A DNA stretch of 42,356 nucleotides from a virus, in the IMG/VR virus record IMGVR_UViG_3300019487_000011, positions 1 through 42,356 of that record. One strand, written 5' to 3'. Made by a program: the position numbers and the translations under genes. The notes under the pieces are model-generated. The model was not told where the DNA came from and made no database searches. It worked only from the letters and a program-made list of their open reading frames with translations. Positions 9,405-16,018 of this stretch are shown here, one piece after another. How positions within the stretch are numbered: the first letter of the stretch is position 1; the number at the start of each line of letters is the position of its first letter.

Positions 9405-10208
9405 CTAGCTTAGCCTCCCGAGCGGTTCCCAGCTATTGGCCCGCAAGCAAGCGTTAAGTACCTTACGCTCGCGCCGGGACAGTTTGCGGGGGCGCTCGTT
9501 ATCGGTCAGGTAGATAACTACCGCATCGTCCTTATATGAGCCCGTGCCCGTTTCGGTCGTGCCACGGGCCCCAAGTGTACCCGGGTAACTGTCGGACAGG
9601 TCATAGTAGCGGCTTCTCCAGTTGCCCGCGCCCGTGGTCTGATACTCGGGACAGCTCATCATGTTGGAGAGCTTCAAGCCCTTGTAGTCCCACCACTGTT
9701 TCTCGTTTACACGAAGAAACTTACCCGCCGCATCCATGACAAGAAACTTATTGTAAGACCCAACGTCCTGTCCCACAATCTCCCAAAACTCGGGCTTGTT
9801 CGCGCCCGGGGCCCCGGCAAGGGCCGTCATGGCATAGAACGCGGTATCCGACATGGCATGGCGCACGTTGCCGTAGTGCTCCCCTAGTGTCTTGTCTGCA
9901 ATGACCCCGTTATGCATGAGATACCCGCCAGCCCCCGGCAACTGGAAAGGGTGCGTATTCTCGCGGGTTATGGGCCCGTGCGTTTTCCACCGAAAATGGA
10001 CCCCTAGTTCTTTGTCCGGCAGGCCCGCCAGCATCGTTTCAATGTAGCGGGCCGGGTCCGCGCAGTCTCCGGGCATGATTTTGTGAACGGCGGGGCCCTG
10101 TTTCGTCATATACATGATGCCCGCGCCGTCCGGGTTATCTTCCCATGCGGATCGGATCAGTTCGCCGGGAATCTCGACCCCGGCAGGCTTGTGGATGATT
10201 AAACACAT
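9405..10208 (-). CDS. Class-II (Ntn-type) glutamine amidotransferase-like protein
   Basis: The N-terminus MCLI supplies a Cys2 nucleophile. Further motifs are NPDGAG, HFRWKTHG, NTHPF and LMHNGVI. Its start overlaps the amidoligase stop (TAATG). Confidence 0.8.
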   Translation of the reverse strand: MCLIIHKPAGVEIPGELIRSAWEDNPDGAGIMYMTKQGPAVHKIMPGDCADPARYIETMLAGLPDKELGVHFRWKTHGPITRENTHPFQLPGAGGYLMHNGVIADKTLGEHYGNVRHAMSDTAFYAMTALAGAPGANKPEFWEIVGQDVGSYNKFLVMDAAGKFLRVNEKQWWDYKGLKLSNMMSCPEYQTTGAGNWRSRYYDLSDSYPGTLGARGTTETGTGSYKDDAVVIYLTDNERPRKLSRRERKVLNACLRANSWEPLGRLS

Positions 10209-10951
10209 TAGCCGCTAACCCCTATTTCTTGAATGAATGCGGCCAATGTCGGCCACTCGGAACGCATGGTAACATACTGAACGTAGGATTTCCAGTCCGC
10301 GACCTTTGCCGCCGACGAGACCCGCGCCCACATTACCAGAGAATGGACGACCTCCAGATTTTTCATAACCCGGTCGGGTCGGATGGTGCCCCGAAACAAC
10401 CGCAGTTCCGCAGTATTCGGGGTCAGGTTAAGGGCCTGATAGCGGCCCGCCTCCCTGTAGGACTCGGGGACCTTGCAGTTCCGCCATTGCTTCTTTTGCA
10501 TTGCCGCCCAACGGTTGTTAGACCGTTGAGCCAGTAGTTCCATGAGCCGCAAGTTTGCGGGCTCATTGATGAAAAGGTAGAGCTTCGCAAGGGTCAGGTT
10601 CGACAAAGCCCCTCGGTTTATGTGAATGTGCATACCGCATCTTTGAGTACGAGAGCCGGACATCGCAAGGGGCGCGAGGGGCGCGAGCACTGCCCGCCAG
10701 TCGAACGCCTCTTTATGCTGTTCGATTGTCATGGGGACCGTGACAATTTCCACGCCTGCGTTTAGACTTCCATCCTCTTTGCAGAAGTAGTCATTGCGCG
10801 AGGGCAGGGCCCGCAGTATCTCAGACTGCGAGCTATGGCTCCGGGGCTCAACCTCCAATTCCACACCGAAAACAAGGGCATCGGGCCGGAACGACGGGAA
10901 CGCGCAAACAGCCTCAGCCCGCAATGAGTACCTGTGAAGGGTCATGCTCAC
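10208..10951 (-). CDS. Amidoligase (Amidoligase_2 / GCS2-glutamine-synthetase-like family)
   Basis: Motifs FGVELEV, KEDGSLNAGVEIVTVP, CGMHIHI, RYQALNL and TAELRLFRGT. The GTG start overlaps the upstream stop (GTGA). Confidence 0.8.
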   Translation of the reverse strand: MSMTLHRYSLRAEAVCAFPSFRPDALVFGVELEVEPRSHSSQSEILRALPSRNDYFCKEDGSLNAGVEIVTVPMTIEQHKEAFDWRAVLAPLAPLAMSGSRTQRCGMHIHINRGALSNLTLAKLYLFINEPANLRLMELLAQRSNNRWAAMQKKQWRNCKVPESYREAGRYQALNLTPNTAELRLFRGTIRPDRVMKNLEVVHSLVMWARVSSAAKVADWKSYVQYVTMRSEWPTLAAFIQEIGVSG

Positions 10952-11481
10952 GGCTGCGCCGTATCGGCGCGCATAATCCCGTGCGCCGCGTCAAACGGGC
11001 ACACCGGGACCTTAATGCGTAACCACTTGCGCGTAATACCCATGGTGTACCTGCACTCCGGACAGGTCACTTTGATTAAACGCGCCTCCGGGGGCTTGCC
11101 CGGGGCATGCGCGCCCACCTTTAGGGCACTGTGCGGGTACGGGGGCAGGGTTTCACAAACACGGCGGGCCCGTTCGCCTAGCGTTTCAATTTCGCCCGCA
11201 GTGGGGGCGCGATGGGTTGCGATACGCGCCGCCTCCATGACTACGGCCCGGGCGACCTCTAAAGAATCGGCCACGGTAGGGGATACGAAAATCTCCCAGT
11301 GGCCACCCTCGGACTGTGCGGGCTCGTAAGACTCAATAACGCGACCAGCCCCCCGGCCCTTGTGAGGGAAGCCTACGCTGATGTGCGTATTCTCGGGCAG
11401 GTCGGACCCGACCGGCCACCCCGCAGTAACGCGGGTAAGGCAGGCCCGAAGCCACGCCTCCCGAGTGTTGATATGTTGCAC
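10948..11481 (-). CDS. SprT-like fold protein with C-terminal zinc ribbon; HExxH motif degenerate
   Basis: 177 aa. Its architecture parallels the 13363..14046 protein (ISVGFP..EIFVSP..helix..Zn ribbon CPEC..RKW..CP). The HExxH position reads MEAAR. It is the first gene of the leftward operon. Confidence 0.6.
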   Translation of the reverse strand: MQHINTREAWLRACLTRVTAGWPVGSDLPENTHISVGFPHKGRGAGRVIESYEPAQSEGGHWEIFVSPTVADSLEVARAVVMEAARIATHRAPTAGEIETLGERARRVCETLPPYPHSALKVGAHAPGKPPEARLIKVTCPECRYTMGITRKWLRIKVPVCPFDAAHGIMRADTAQP

Positions 11482-11514
11482 GACCGTTTACGTCCTCCGT
11501 TTGAACATGGGGCC

Positions 11515-11543
11515 ACTCTACTGCTACGCCATAGGCCCGTCAA
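11515..11543 (-). promoter_or_regulatory. Leftward early promoter (TTGACG-N17-TAGAGT)
   Basis: The minus strand has TTGACG at 11543..11538 and TAGAGT at 11520..11515. GGAGGA and the GTG start of 10948..11481 follow downstream. Confidence 0.6.
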
Positions 11544-11581
11544 GTTAGATTTTCTTAACGCTCGTTAAGTTTTCTAACTTG
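11541..11581. promoter_or_regulatory. 41-bp compound inverted repeat between divergent promoters (candidate operator)
   Basis: Outer arms are CAAGTTAGA and TCTAACTTG (9 bp). Inner arms are CTTAACG and CGTTAAG (7 bp). Both -35 hexamers sit in the outer arms. Confidence 0.6.
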
Positions 11582-11606
11582 ACACTGCCCTTAGACCTGC
11601 TAAACT
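11579..11606 (+). promoter_or_regulatory. Rightward promoter (TTGACA-N16-TAAACT)
   Basis: It mirrors the leftward promoter. Both -10 elements are followed by GGCCCCA. Confidence 0.55.
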
Positions 11607-11683
11607 GGCCCCAAGGTAAAGTTTACAGGTCCGGGGGCACTAGAGGCTACAGGGTAGCTCGCCCCCGGGCCGGGAGTCAAGCG

Positions 11684-11950
11684 GTGGACCTGATAGAATA
11701 CAAGCCTTCGACGTTTCGCCCTCTGGTACTGATACCGGGGCGAGCGAAGCCCTATACTGCATCCCGCGAGTTTAATCGCGTAGAGGATGCGGAACAGTGG
11801 GCCCGGGGCTTTGTTCAGCGTCCCGGCACGTTTATCAAGCTTGGGACCTCGGTTCACATCGGGGACCGCATCTATGCCGTTGTGCTAACGGAACGCGGCG
11901 GGGCCTTGTTGACTTTCGTCGGCCCCAAGCGTACACTGGCCGCAACATGA
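11684..11950 (+). CDS. Hypothetical protein
   Basis: The ORF-track start (TTG at 11579) coincides with the -35 hexamer. The GTG at 11684, 7 nt after GGGAG, is a better start and gives 88 aa. Confidence 0.4.
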   Translation: MDLIEYKPSTFRPLVLIPGRAKPYTASREFNRVEDAEQWARGFVQRPGTFIKLGTSVHIGDRIYAVVLTERGGALLTFVGPKRTLAAT

Positions 11951-12419
11951 ATTTCGGAATCTGCAAGCCTCCCGCCCCTGTCGCTGGGCCGCTACTGTTT
12001 CAGGTCCGGGCGATCTTCGCCCGAGCCCTCGCCCGCGCCACTGGGCGCGGCTCTCGCCCCGCGACCTTTACCGCGTCCGCTATAAGTCGCCGTGATAGTC
12101 GGCCCGCAAGCCGCTACAATGGCGCAGTAAGCCGGACACCTCGCCCGCATTGTGGCCCCGGGGCGCGACCCCCGGGGAGTGTGCGGGAGTGAGGTTGCCG
12201 GTAAACGCGGAGAATGGCGAGAGTAACGGCACGGTCCCCCGGTCACACCTCCCCTTTCTGGCGGGGCCCAATCCGGGGGCCGCTTTCCGTGAGGGCCGGT
12301 CGGGGGTTGTCCCGGGCCTGAATCAGCATGCACAATCTTGTGCATATTGGTCTGCCGCAGTCTGTTTTTGCAGCCTGCGGAGCGGGCAATAACCATGATT
12401 TAAAATGGTATCTAGGACT

Positions 12420-12524
12420 ATGAAAGGACCCCCGCGGCTCAAGTTTACTTTGATCCTAGTTTTGGTAATATGGGCCCTGTACATTTACTGGAAACTGTGG
12501 CGCAAAAGCCGCAAGGGAGAGTGA
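12420..12524 (+). CDS. Possible 34-aa single-pass membrane peptide
   Basis: MKGPPRLKFTLILVLVIWALYIYWKLWRKSRKGE. It lies immediately upstream of the next small gene. It is below the ORF-track cutoff and has a weak RBS. Confidence 0.25.
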   Translation: MKGPPRLKFTLILVLVIWALYIYWKLWRKSRKGE

Positions 12525-12525
12525 T

Positions 12526-12669
12526 ATGTCAAAGTCCTATCGCGTGATTGACTCGCGTGTAAACGCGACACACTCCACAGGCCACGGGCTTTTCTTTGCC
12601 CTTGCCCTGTGCCGGGACCTGAATCGCCGGGGCATGTGCCCGGGCCGATACATCGTCAGGGCCGACTGA
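12526..12669 (+). CDS. Small protein, paralog family member A (YRVxD...LNRRG..GRY)
   Basis: 47 aa, ATG 4 nt after GGGAGAG. It shares a motif and spacing with 13116..13361 and 14217..14408. Confidence 0.5.
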   Translation: MSKSYRVIDSRVNATHSTGHGLFFALALCRDLNRRGMCPGRYIVRAD

Positions 12670-12789
12670 TGAATACCGGCCCAACCATTGCGGTGTCGTC
12701 GTGCATTTGGCTATTTGCTACTGGCCATTGGATAGCTCTGGGGCCGTAGCCTTTGGGTTTATTCTGCTGGGGACTCTGGTCGTAGACCG

Positions 12790-13119
12790 ATGAGCACGAA
12801 AAAACACCCTCTAGTAGCAGGCGGGCTCATGTGCGGGCTTGCCCTCCTAGCGTCAGGGTGCACGTCGGTCCGACCCGATTATGTAACGCTGGGAGCCTTT
12901 CACATATCCCAGCCGGATGCGGGTCCGGGGCCGTGGCCAATCGGGAACGGGGACCGTACCCGGGAGACTACCCTAGACGGGCTGGAACTGGGAGCCGAGT
13001 GGCGGACAGGGCCCGTGTACGGTACCGTGACCCTTTCCCGGTCCCTGACTCACGGTCTAGAGGCGGGCCGGACCTTTGCCACGGTCCGGGCCGGGTACCG
13101 GCTGCGCGTCCCGAAATGA
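12790..13119 (+). CDS. Putative lipoprotein
   Basis: 109 aa. The signal peptide has a lipobox (LALLASG|C). The mature part is beta-rich. Confidence 0.6.
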   Translation: MSTKKHPLVAGGLMCGLALLASGCTSVRPDYVTLGAFHISQPDAGPGPWPIGNGDRTRETTLDGLELGAEWRTGPVYGTVTLSRSLTHGLEAGRTFATVRAGYRLRVPK

Positions 13120-13361
13120 TGCCCCCCAAGTGGTCGCGCCTAAACGTGGTGCCCCTTAGCCCGCTATGGCGGGTCCGGTCCCGAGTCACGGGCCAGGAGA
13201 GTACCACCCCGACCGACCTAGACCGGGCCCGGGAGACTTGCGCTATCCTGAATAGGACGTTCGGGGCCGACACTTACCATCCCTTCCCGCACAGACCGGG
13301 CAAAGGCCCCAAAGGAAACGGCCCGGGCGAGGGGCCCGGGCCGGTAGGAAGGGCGGCTTAG
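13116..13361 (+). CDS. Small protein, paralog family member B
   Basis: The ATG at 13116 overlaps the lipoprotein stop (ATGA). 81 aa, with WRVRSRVTG...AILNRTFG..Y matching the family motif. It is the C-terminal part of ORF 12831..13361. Confidence 0.45.
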   Translation: MMPPKWSRLNVVPLSPLWRVRSRVTGQESTTPTDLDRARETCAILNRTFGADTYHPFPHRPGKGPKGNGPGEGPGPVGRAA

Positions 13362-13362
13362 A

Positions 13363-14046
13363 TCAGCCGCTTTTAAACTCCGTTCCACACTTGCCGCACG
13401 TCGCCCGGAAGTCGTCCGCCGCTACCCGGGCAATAACCCCGCACTCGCAGACCCATTTACGGAGGCGCGAGCCCGAGCCGACGCCACGCGACCGGCCACC
13501 CCGGGAACCGACCCCGGCAGCACACGGACGGACGCGAGTGAGGCCGAGAATCTGGCCGAGCGTGGCCGGGGCCTGATTCCAGCTTATCACCTTGCCGTCA
13601 TCCGGGGCCGGGAGCGCCGCGAGCAAGGCGCGAAGGGCCGGGACGAACATGGCCGACTGGTAGACCGTGCCCGCCGCCTTGATATTACGGAGGCCGAGCC
13701 GTTTACACGCGGTAAGCCACTCCTTGGAGTGGCCCTTACCCTTACCGGCGACCGCGTGGCCCATTTCGTGGATCACGGTCCCGGCCAACTGAACAAGCGA
13801 TTCCTCGGCAAACGCGCATATCTCAATAAGGGCATCGTGCGAGTCATGGCCACACTCACACTGGCCCTTCGGCCCTTGCCATGCGTTGTAGTACGTGAGG
13901 CCACGGGCCCCGGTGCCGTACCCGGTGCCGTAGATCATCTTGAGCCCTGAGAGCATGGAACGCTCAGCCGGTTCCAGAACCGCGACCGAAAGGGCCGCAT
14001 CACGGACCGCGTTAATGTAATGTTCCCTTGTCATCATGCTGGCCAA
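13363..14046 (-). CDS. SprT-like zinc metalloprotease with C-terminal zinc ribbon
   Basis: 227 aa with an intact HEMGH motif followed by GHSKEW, and a C-terminal CECG...CGKCG ribbon. It is the only minus-strand gene in the rightward accessory region. Confidence 0.8.
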   Translation of the reverse strand: MASMMTREHYINAVRDAALSVAVLEPAERSMLSGLKMIYGTGYGTGARGLTYYNAWQGPKGQCECGHDSHDALIEICAFAEESLVQLAGTVIHEMGHAVAGKGKGHSKEWLTACKRLGLRNIKAAGTVYQSAMFVPALRALLAALPAPDDGKVISWNQAPATLGQILGLTRVRPCAAGVGSRGGRSRGVGSGSRLRKWVCECGVIARVAADDFRATCGKCGTEFKSG

Positions 14047-14088
14047 CTCCCGTTTAAGCTTTGACCGTGGATAGAGTATGCGCCCGTC

Positions 14089-14102
14089 TACGTCTAGACG
14101 TA
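14089..14102. promoter_or_regulatory. 14-bp perfect palindrome TACGTCTAGACGTA in a divergent intergenic region
   Basis: It lies between the SprT-like gene (minus) and the 14217 gene (plus). It overlaps the likely -35 area of the minus-strand promoter. Confidence 0.4.
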
Positions 14103-14158
14103 AGTGCTAATGTGTGATCCGGTTCACGGTTCCGATACCAGCCGCGCCTTAGCGGCGC

Positions 14159-14188
14159 TTGACCCGGGCCCGGTTCATGGGCGATACT
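14159..14188 (+). promoter_or_regulatory. Candidate promoter (TTGACC-N18-GATACT)
   Basis: It lies about 30 nt upstream of the GGAGGG RBS of 14217..14408. Confidence 0.45.
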
Positions 14189-14216
14189 GGGCCCGACTTA
14201 AACGGAGGGCGAGACA

Positions 14217-14408
14217 ATGGCCTACATGGTGCGCGACACACTGACAGGGCGAGCGGTCCGGGTCTATGCCCGGACCCGCCTGTACGAAGCTTCGGTAATG
14301 GTGGCCGAGCTGAACCGGCGCGAACTGGGCCGGTACGTGGTCAAGGGCTGGGGCGCGGATCGGATGCCGACCTTCCCCGAGCCGGTGCCTCTGTATCTCA
14401 CGGACTAG
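14217..14408 (+). CDS. Small protein, paralog family member C
   Basis: 63 aa, ATG 7 nt after GGAGGG. The motif is YMVRDTLTG...AELNRRELGRYVV. Confidence 0.65.
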   Translation: MAYMVRDTLTGRAVRVYARTRLYEASVMVAELNRRELGRYVVKGWGADRMPTFPEPVPLYLTD

Positions 14409-14412
14409 GGCA

Positions 14413-14523
14413 ATGGACAGGGTAATGGTATGGGCTGGACTGGGCCTGTGTTTCATGGGACTGGTACCTTTAGGGGTGCTGGTGACCGTGGTAGGGGCAG
14501 TGTGGGCCGGGTGCCGGGGCTAG
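14413..14523 (+). CDS. Possible 36-aa membrane peptide
   Basis: MDRVMVWAGLGLCFMGLVPLGVLVTVVGAVWAGCRG. It starts directly after the preceding stop. No clear RBS. Confidence 0.25.
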   Translation: MDRVMVWAGLGLCFMGLVPLGVLVTVVGAVWAGCRG

Positions 14524-15065
14524 CCGGGACTGGGGACCGGACCAGGCCTAGGGCCTAAGCGGTACCCGGCCAGCTATAGTAGCCGCCCCCCGCACGTACA
14601 TGGGGGGCGGGCCCGGGCCGGGGACCGTGCCGGTGCCGCGTTTACACGCGGACCGTGCTGGGCCGGCGCGCTAGGCTGGGCACGGGCCGGGGCGCGGGCA
14701 TAATGCGCCCACGGCACGGGCATAATCCGACGCGAGGTAACATAACCGGGGGGCAGGGGTAACCCCAGCTACAAATAAACTTTAGCTCCCGGCTTCCCAC
14801 ACCAGAAGGAATCGTGGGATCGTCCCGATTCCTTGGGCGGCTACGCCGCGAGGGGGGTGTAGGAATCAGTCCCGGGGGGCCCCAGCAGGTAACAGGGACG
14901 GTGCAGGGGGGAGGGGCGGGCCGGTCAAGGGACGTTTCGCTATGCGAAAGAGTAGGTTACGGAGTAAATGAGAACGATTCGCATTTGAAGGGACGCGGAG
15001 GGGCGATTTATGTTAAATCGACCAAGCACTAGGTTCCCATTTTGGGACTTTATGCGCGGTACCCC

Positions 15066-15094
15066 TTGACAAATTCCCTTAATTTTGTTATAAT
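15066..15094 (+). promoter_or_regulatory. Consensus sigma70 promoter P1 (TTGACA-N17-TATAAT)
   Basis: Exact consensus hexamers with a 17-nt spacer, set in an AT-rich patch of a GC-rich region. Confidence 0.75.
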
Positions 15095-15126
15095 ATTACG
15101 GTACGTAAAAGGTAAAGGAGCGAACG

Positions 15127-15348
15127 GTGCAGGAAGTGAGCGACCACGGGCCTCGGGACTCCCTAGGGGTCGCCCGAGGCGAGACTCCGAAGGAGTCGAG
15201 CGGTCCGGTCCCGCTCGACTCCTTCGGAGTCTCGCGGAGGGAGCCGAAACGTCGTAAACCGGCCTTTAAGTGGGCCCTACGTAGGGTTAAGTACTACGGC
15301 GGTATGAAAGTACCCAGTTTCTTGCAGAAACCACTTGACAGAACCTAG
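15127..15348 (+). CDS. Questionable 73-aa basic ORF downstream of P1
   Basis: GTG lies 6 nt after AAGGAG. However, the ORF contains the 25-bp perfect hairpin and runs into P2, so it may be non-coding. Confidence 0.25.
   Translation: MQEVSDHGPRDSLGVARGETPKESSGPVPLDSFGVSRREPKRRKPAFKWALRRVKYYGGMKVPSFLQKPLDRT
15150..15235 (+). other. Structured element: 8-bp hairpin plus perfect 25-bp stem / 7-nt loop, containing three GACTCC-N3-GGAGTC-type palindromes
   Basis: 15179-15203 pairs perfectly with 15211-15235, and 15150-15157 pairs with 15173-15180. The palindromes lie at 15157-15171 (imperfect), 15183-15197 and 15217-15231. No U-tract follows. Confidence 0.9.
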
Positions 15349-15363
15349 GCCCTGTGGTATAAT
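15335..15363 (+). promoter_or_regulatory. Consensus sigma70 promoter P2 (TTGACA-N17-TATAAT)
   Basis: Exact consensus, about 40 nt upstream of ATG 15404. Confidence 0.75.
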
Positions 15364-15403
15364 AGATACAAGTGGGATTTTGATTCTGTGACGGACCCAA
15401 TCT

Positions 15404-16018
15404 ATGGCCTACGCTAAGTTTACGTTCTTTGAGGCGGCTACCCAGCACGGGTTCGTCATGGCTTGCATGTCGGACAAGGTGCAGAAGTCCCGGGAGTTCC
15501 ACCAGATCATCATTGACCCCACCCGGGGTCGGGTGTTCCAGTTGTTCAAGTCCCGGGACCCGGAGCGTCCGTTCTTCGAATACGTCATCCCCGAGCGGTT
15601 GATGACCGAATCGAACTACATGTGGCGAGCCAAGGTCAAAGGGGAGCTTGAAAAGCTATGGGGCAAGATGCTACGGGAGAGGGCGAAGGCCCGCTCGACG
15701 GGACCGGAGGGCCCCTGTGGACCGGACACTACGGTTCCCTCCGAATCTCAGCCCTTGAGCCCTTCTGCATCATCGACCGATGCGCTGCCGAAGTCGGAGT
15801 CCTTGAGTTCCGAGTCCGAGGGGACGGTACCCGCTCCGCAGGGCTCCGGCCCCGGGCCATCGACCCCGGAATTCTCGCCAACCGGGCCAGCTTCTTCACT
15901 GGCCTCCGAGCTTCCATCGCAGAAGTCGGGGTCAAGGTCCCGATCCTCGTCTGGGGCATCAAAGGCAAGCTCTGGCTCCGCTACGGCGCGAGCCGGGTCC
16001 ACGCCTGCGAATGGCTAG
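15404..16018 (+). CDS. Hypothetical protein; globular N-terminal ~100 aa, then a Ser/Pro-rich tail overlapping the ParB-like frame
   Basis: 204-aa ORF. The C-terminal half is low-complexity and overlaps ORF 15658..16194 by 361 nt in another frame. Confidence 0.5.
   Translation: MAYAKFTFFEAATQHGFVMACMSDKVQKSREFHQIIIDPTRGRVFQLFKSRDPERPFFEYVIPERLMTESNYMWRAKVKGELEKLWGKMLRERAKARSTGPEGPCGPDTTVPSESQPLSPSASSTDALPKSESLSSESEGTVPAPQGSGPGPSTPEFSPTGPASSLASELPSQKSGSRSRSSSGASKASSGSATARAGSTPANG

Noticed and set aside
11797-12396. ORFs 11797..12192 (+), 11992..12396 (-), 12080..12271 (-) and 12150..12392 (+)
   Set aside because: They overlap one another on both strands, are Arg/Pro/Gly-rich and match no motif. 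Only the ATGA-coupled sub-ORF from 11947 is even weakly plausible.
12790-13119. H-I-S and N-G-D motifs in the lipoprotein, reminiscent of PagL-type lipid A deacylases
   Set aside because: The mature part (~86 aa) is too short for an 8-stranded barrel. The resemblance rests on a few residues only.
14814-15257. ORFs 14814..15032 and 15042..15257 (+)
   Set aside because: Their translations are Gly/Arg-rich and low-complexity. They have no RBS, and the second spans promoter P1. I treated the region as non-coding.
15637-15643. CAAAGGG near the start of the ParB-like frame, considered as a -1 slippery site
   Set aside because: It does not fit X XXY YYZ in the zero frame, and I identified no downstream pseudoknot or hairpin. 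The frameshift idea is kept only as one of several explanations.
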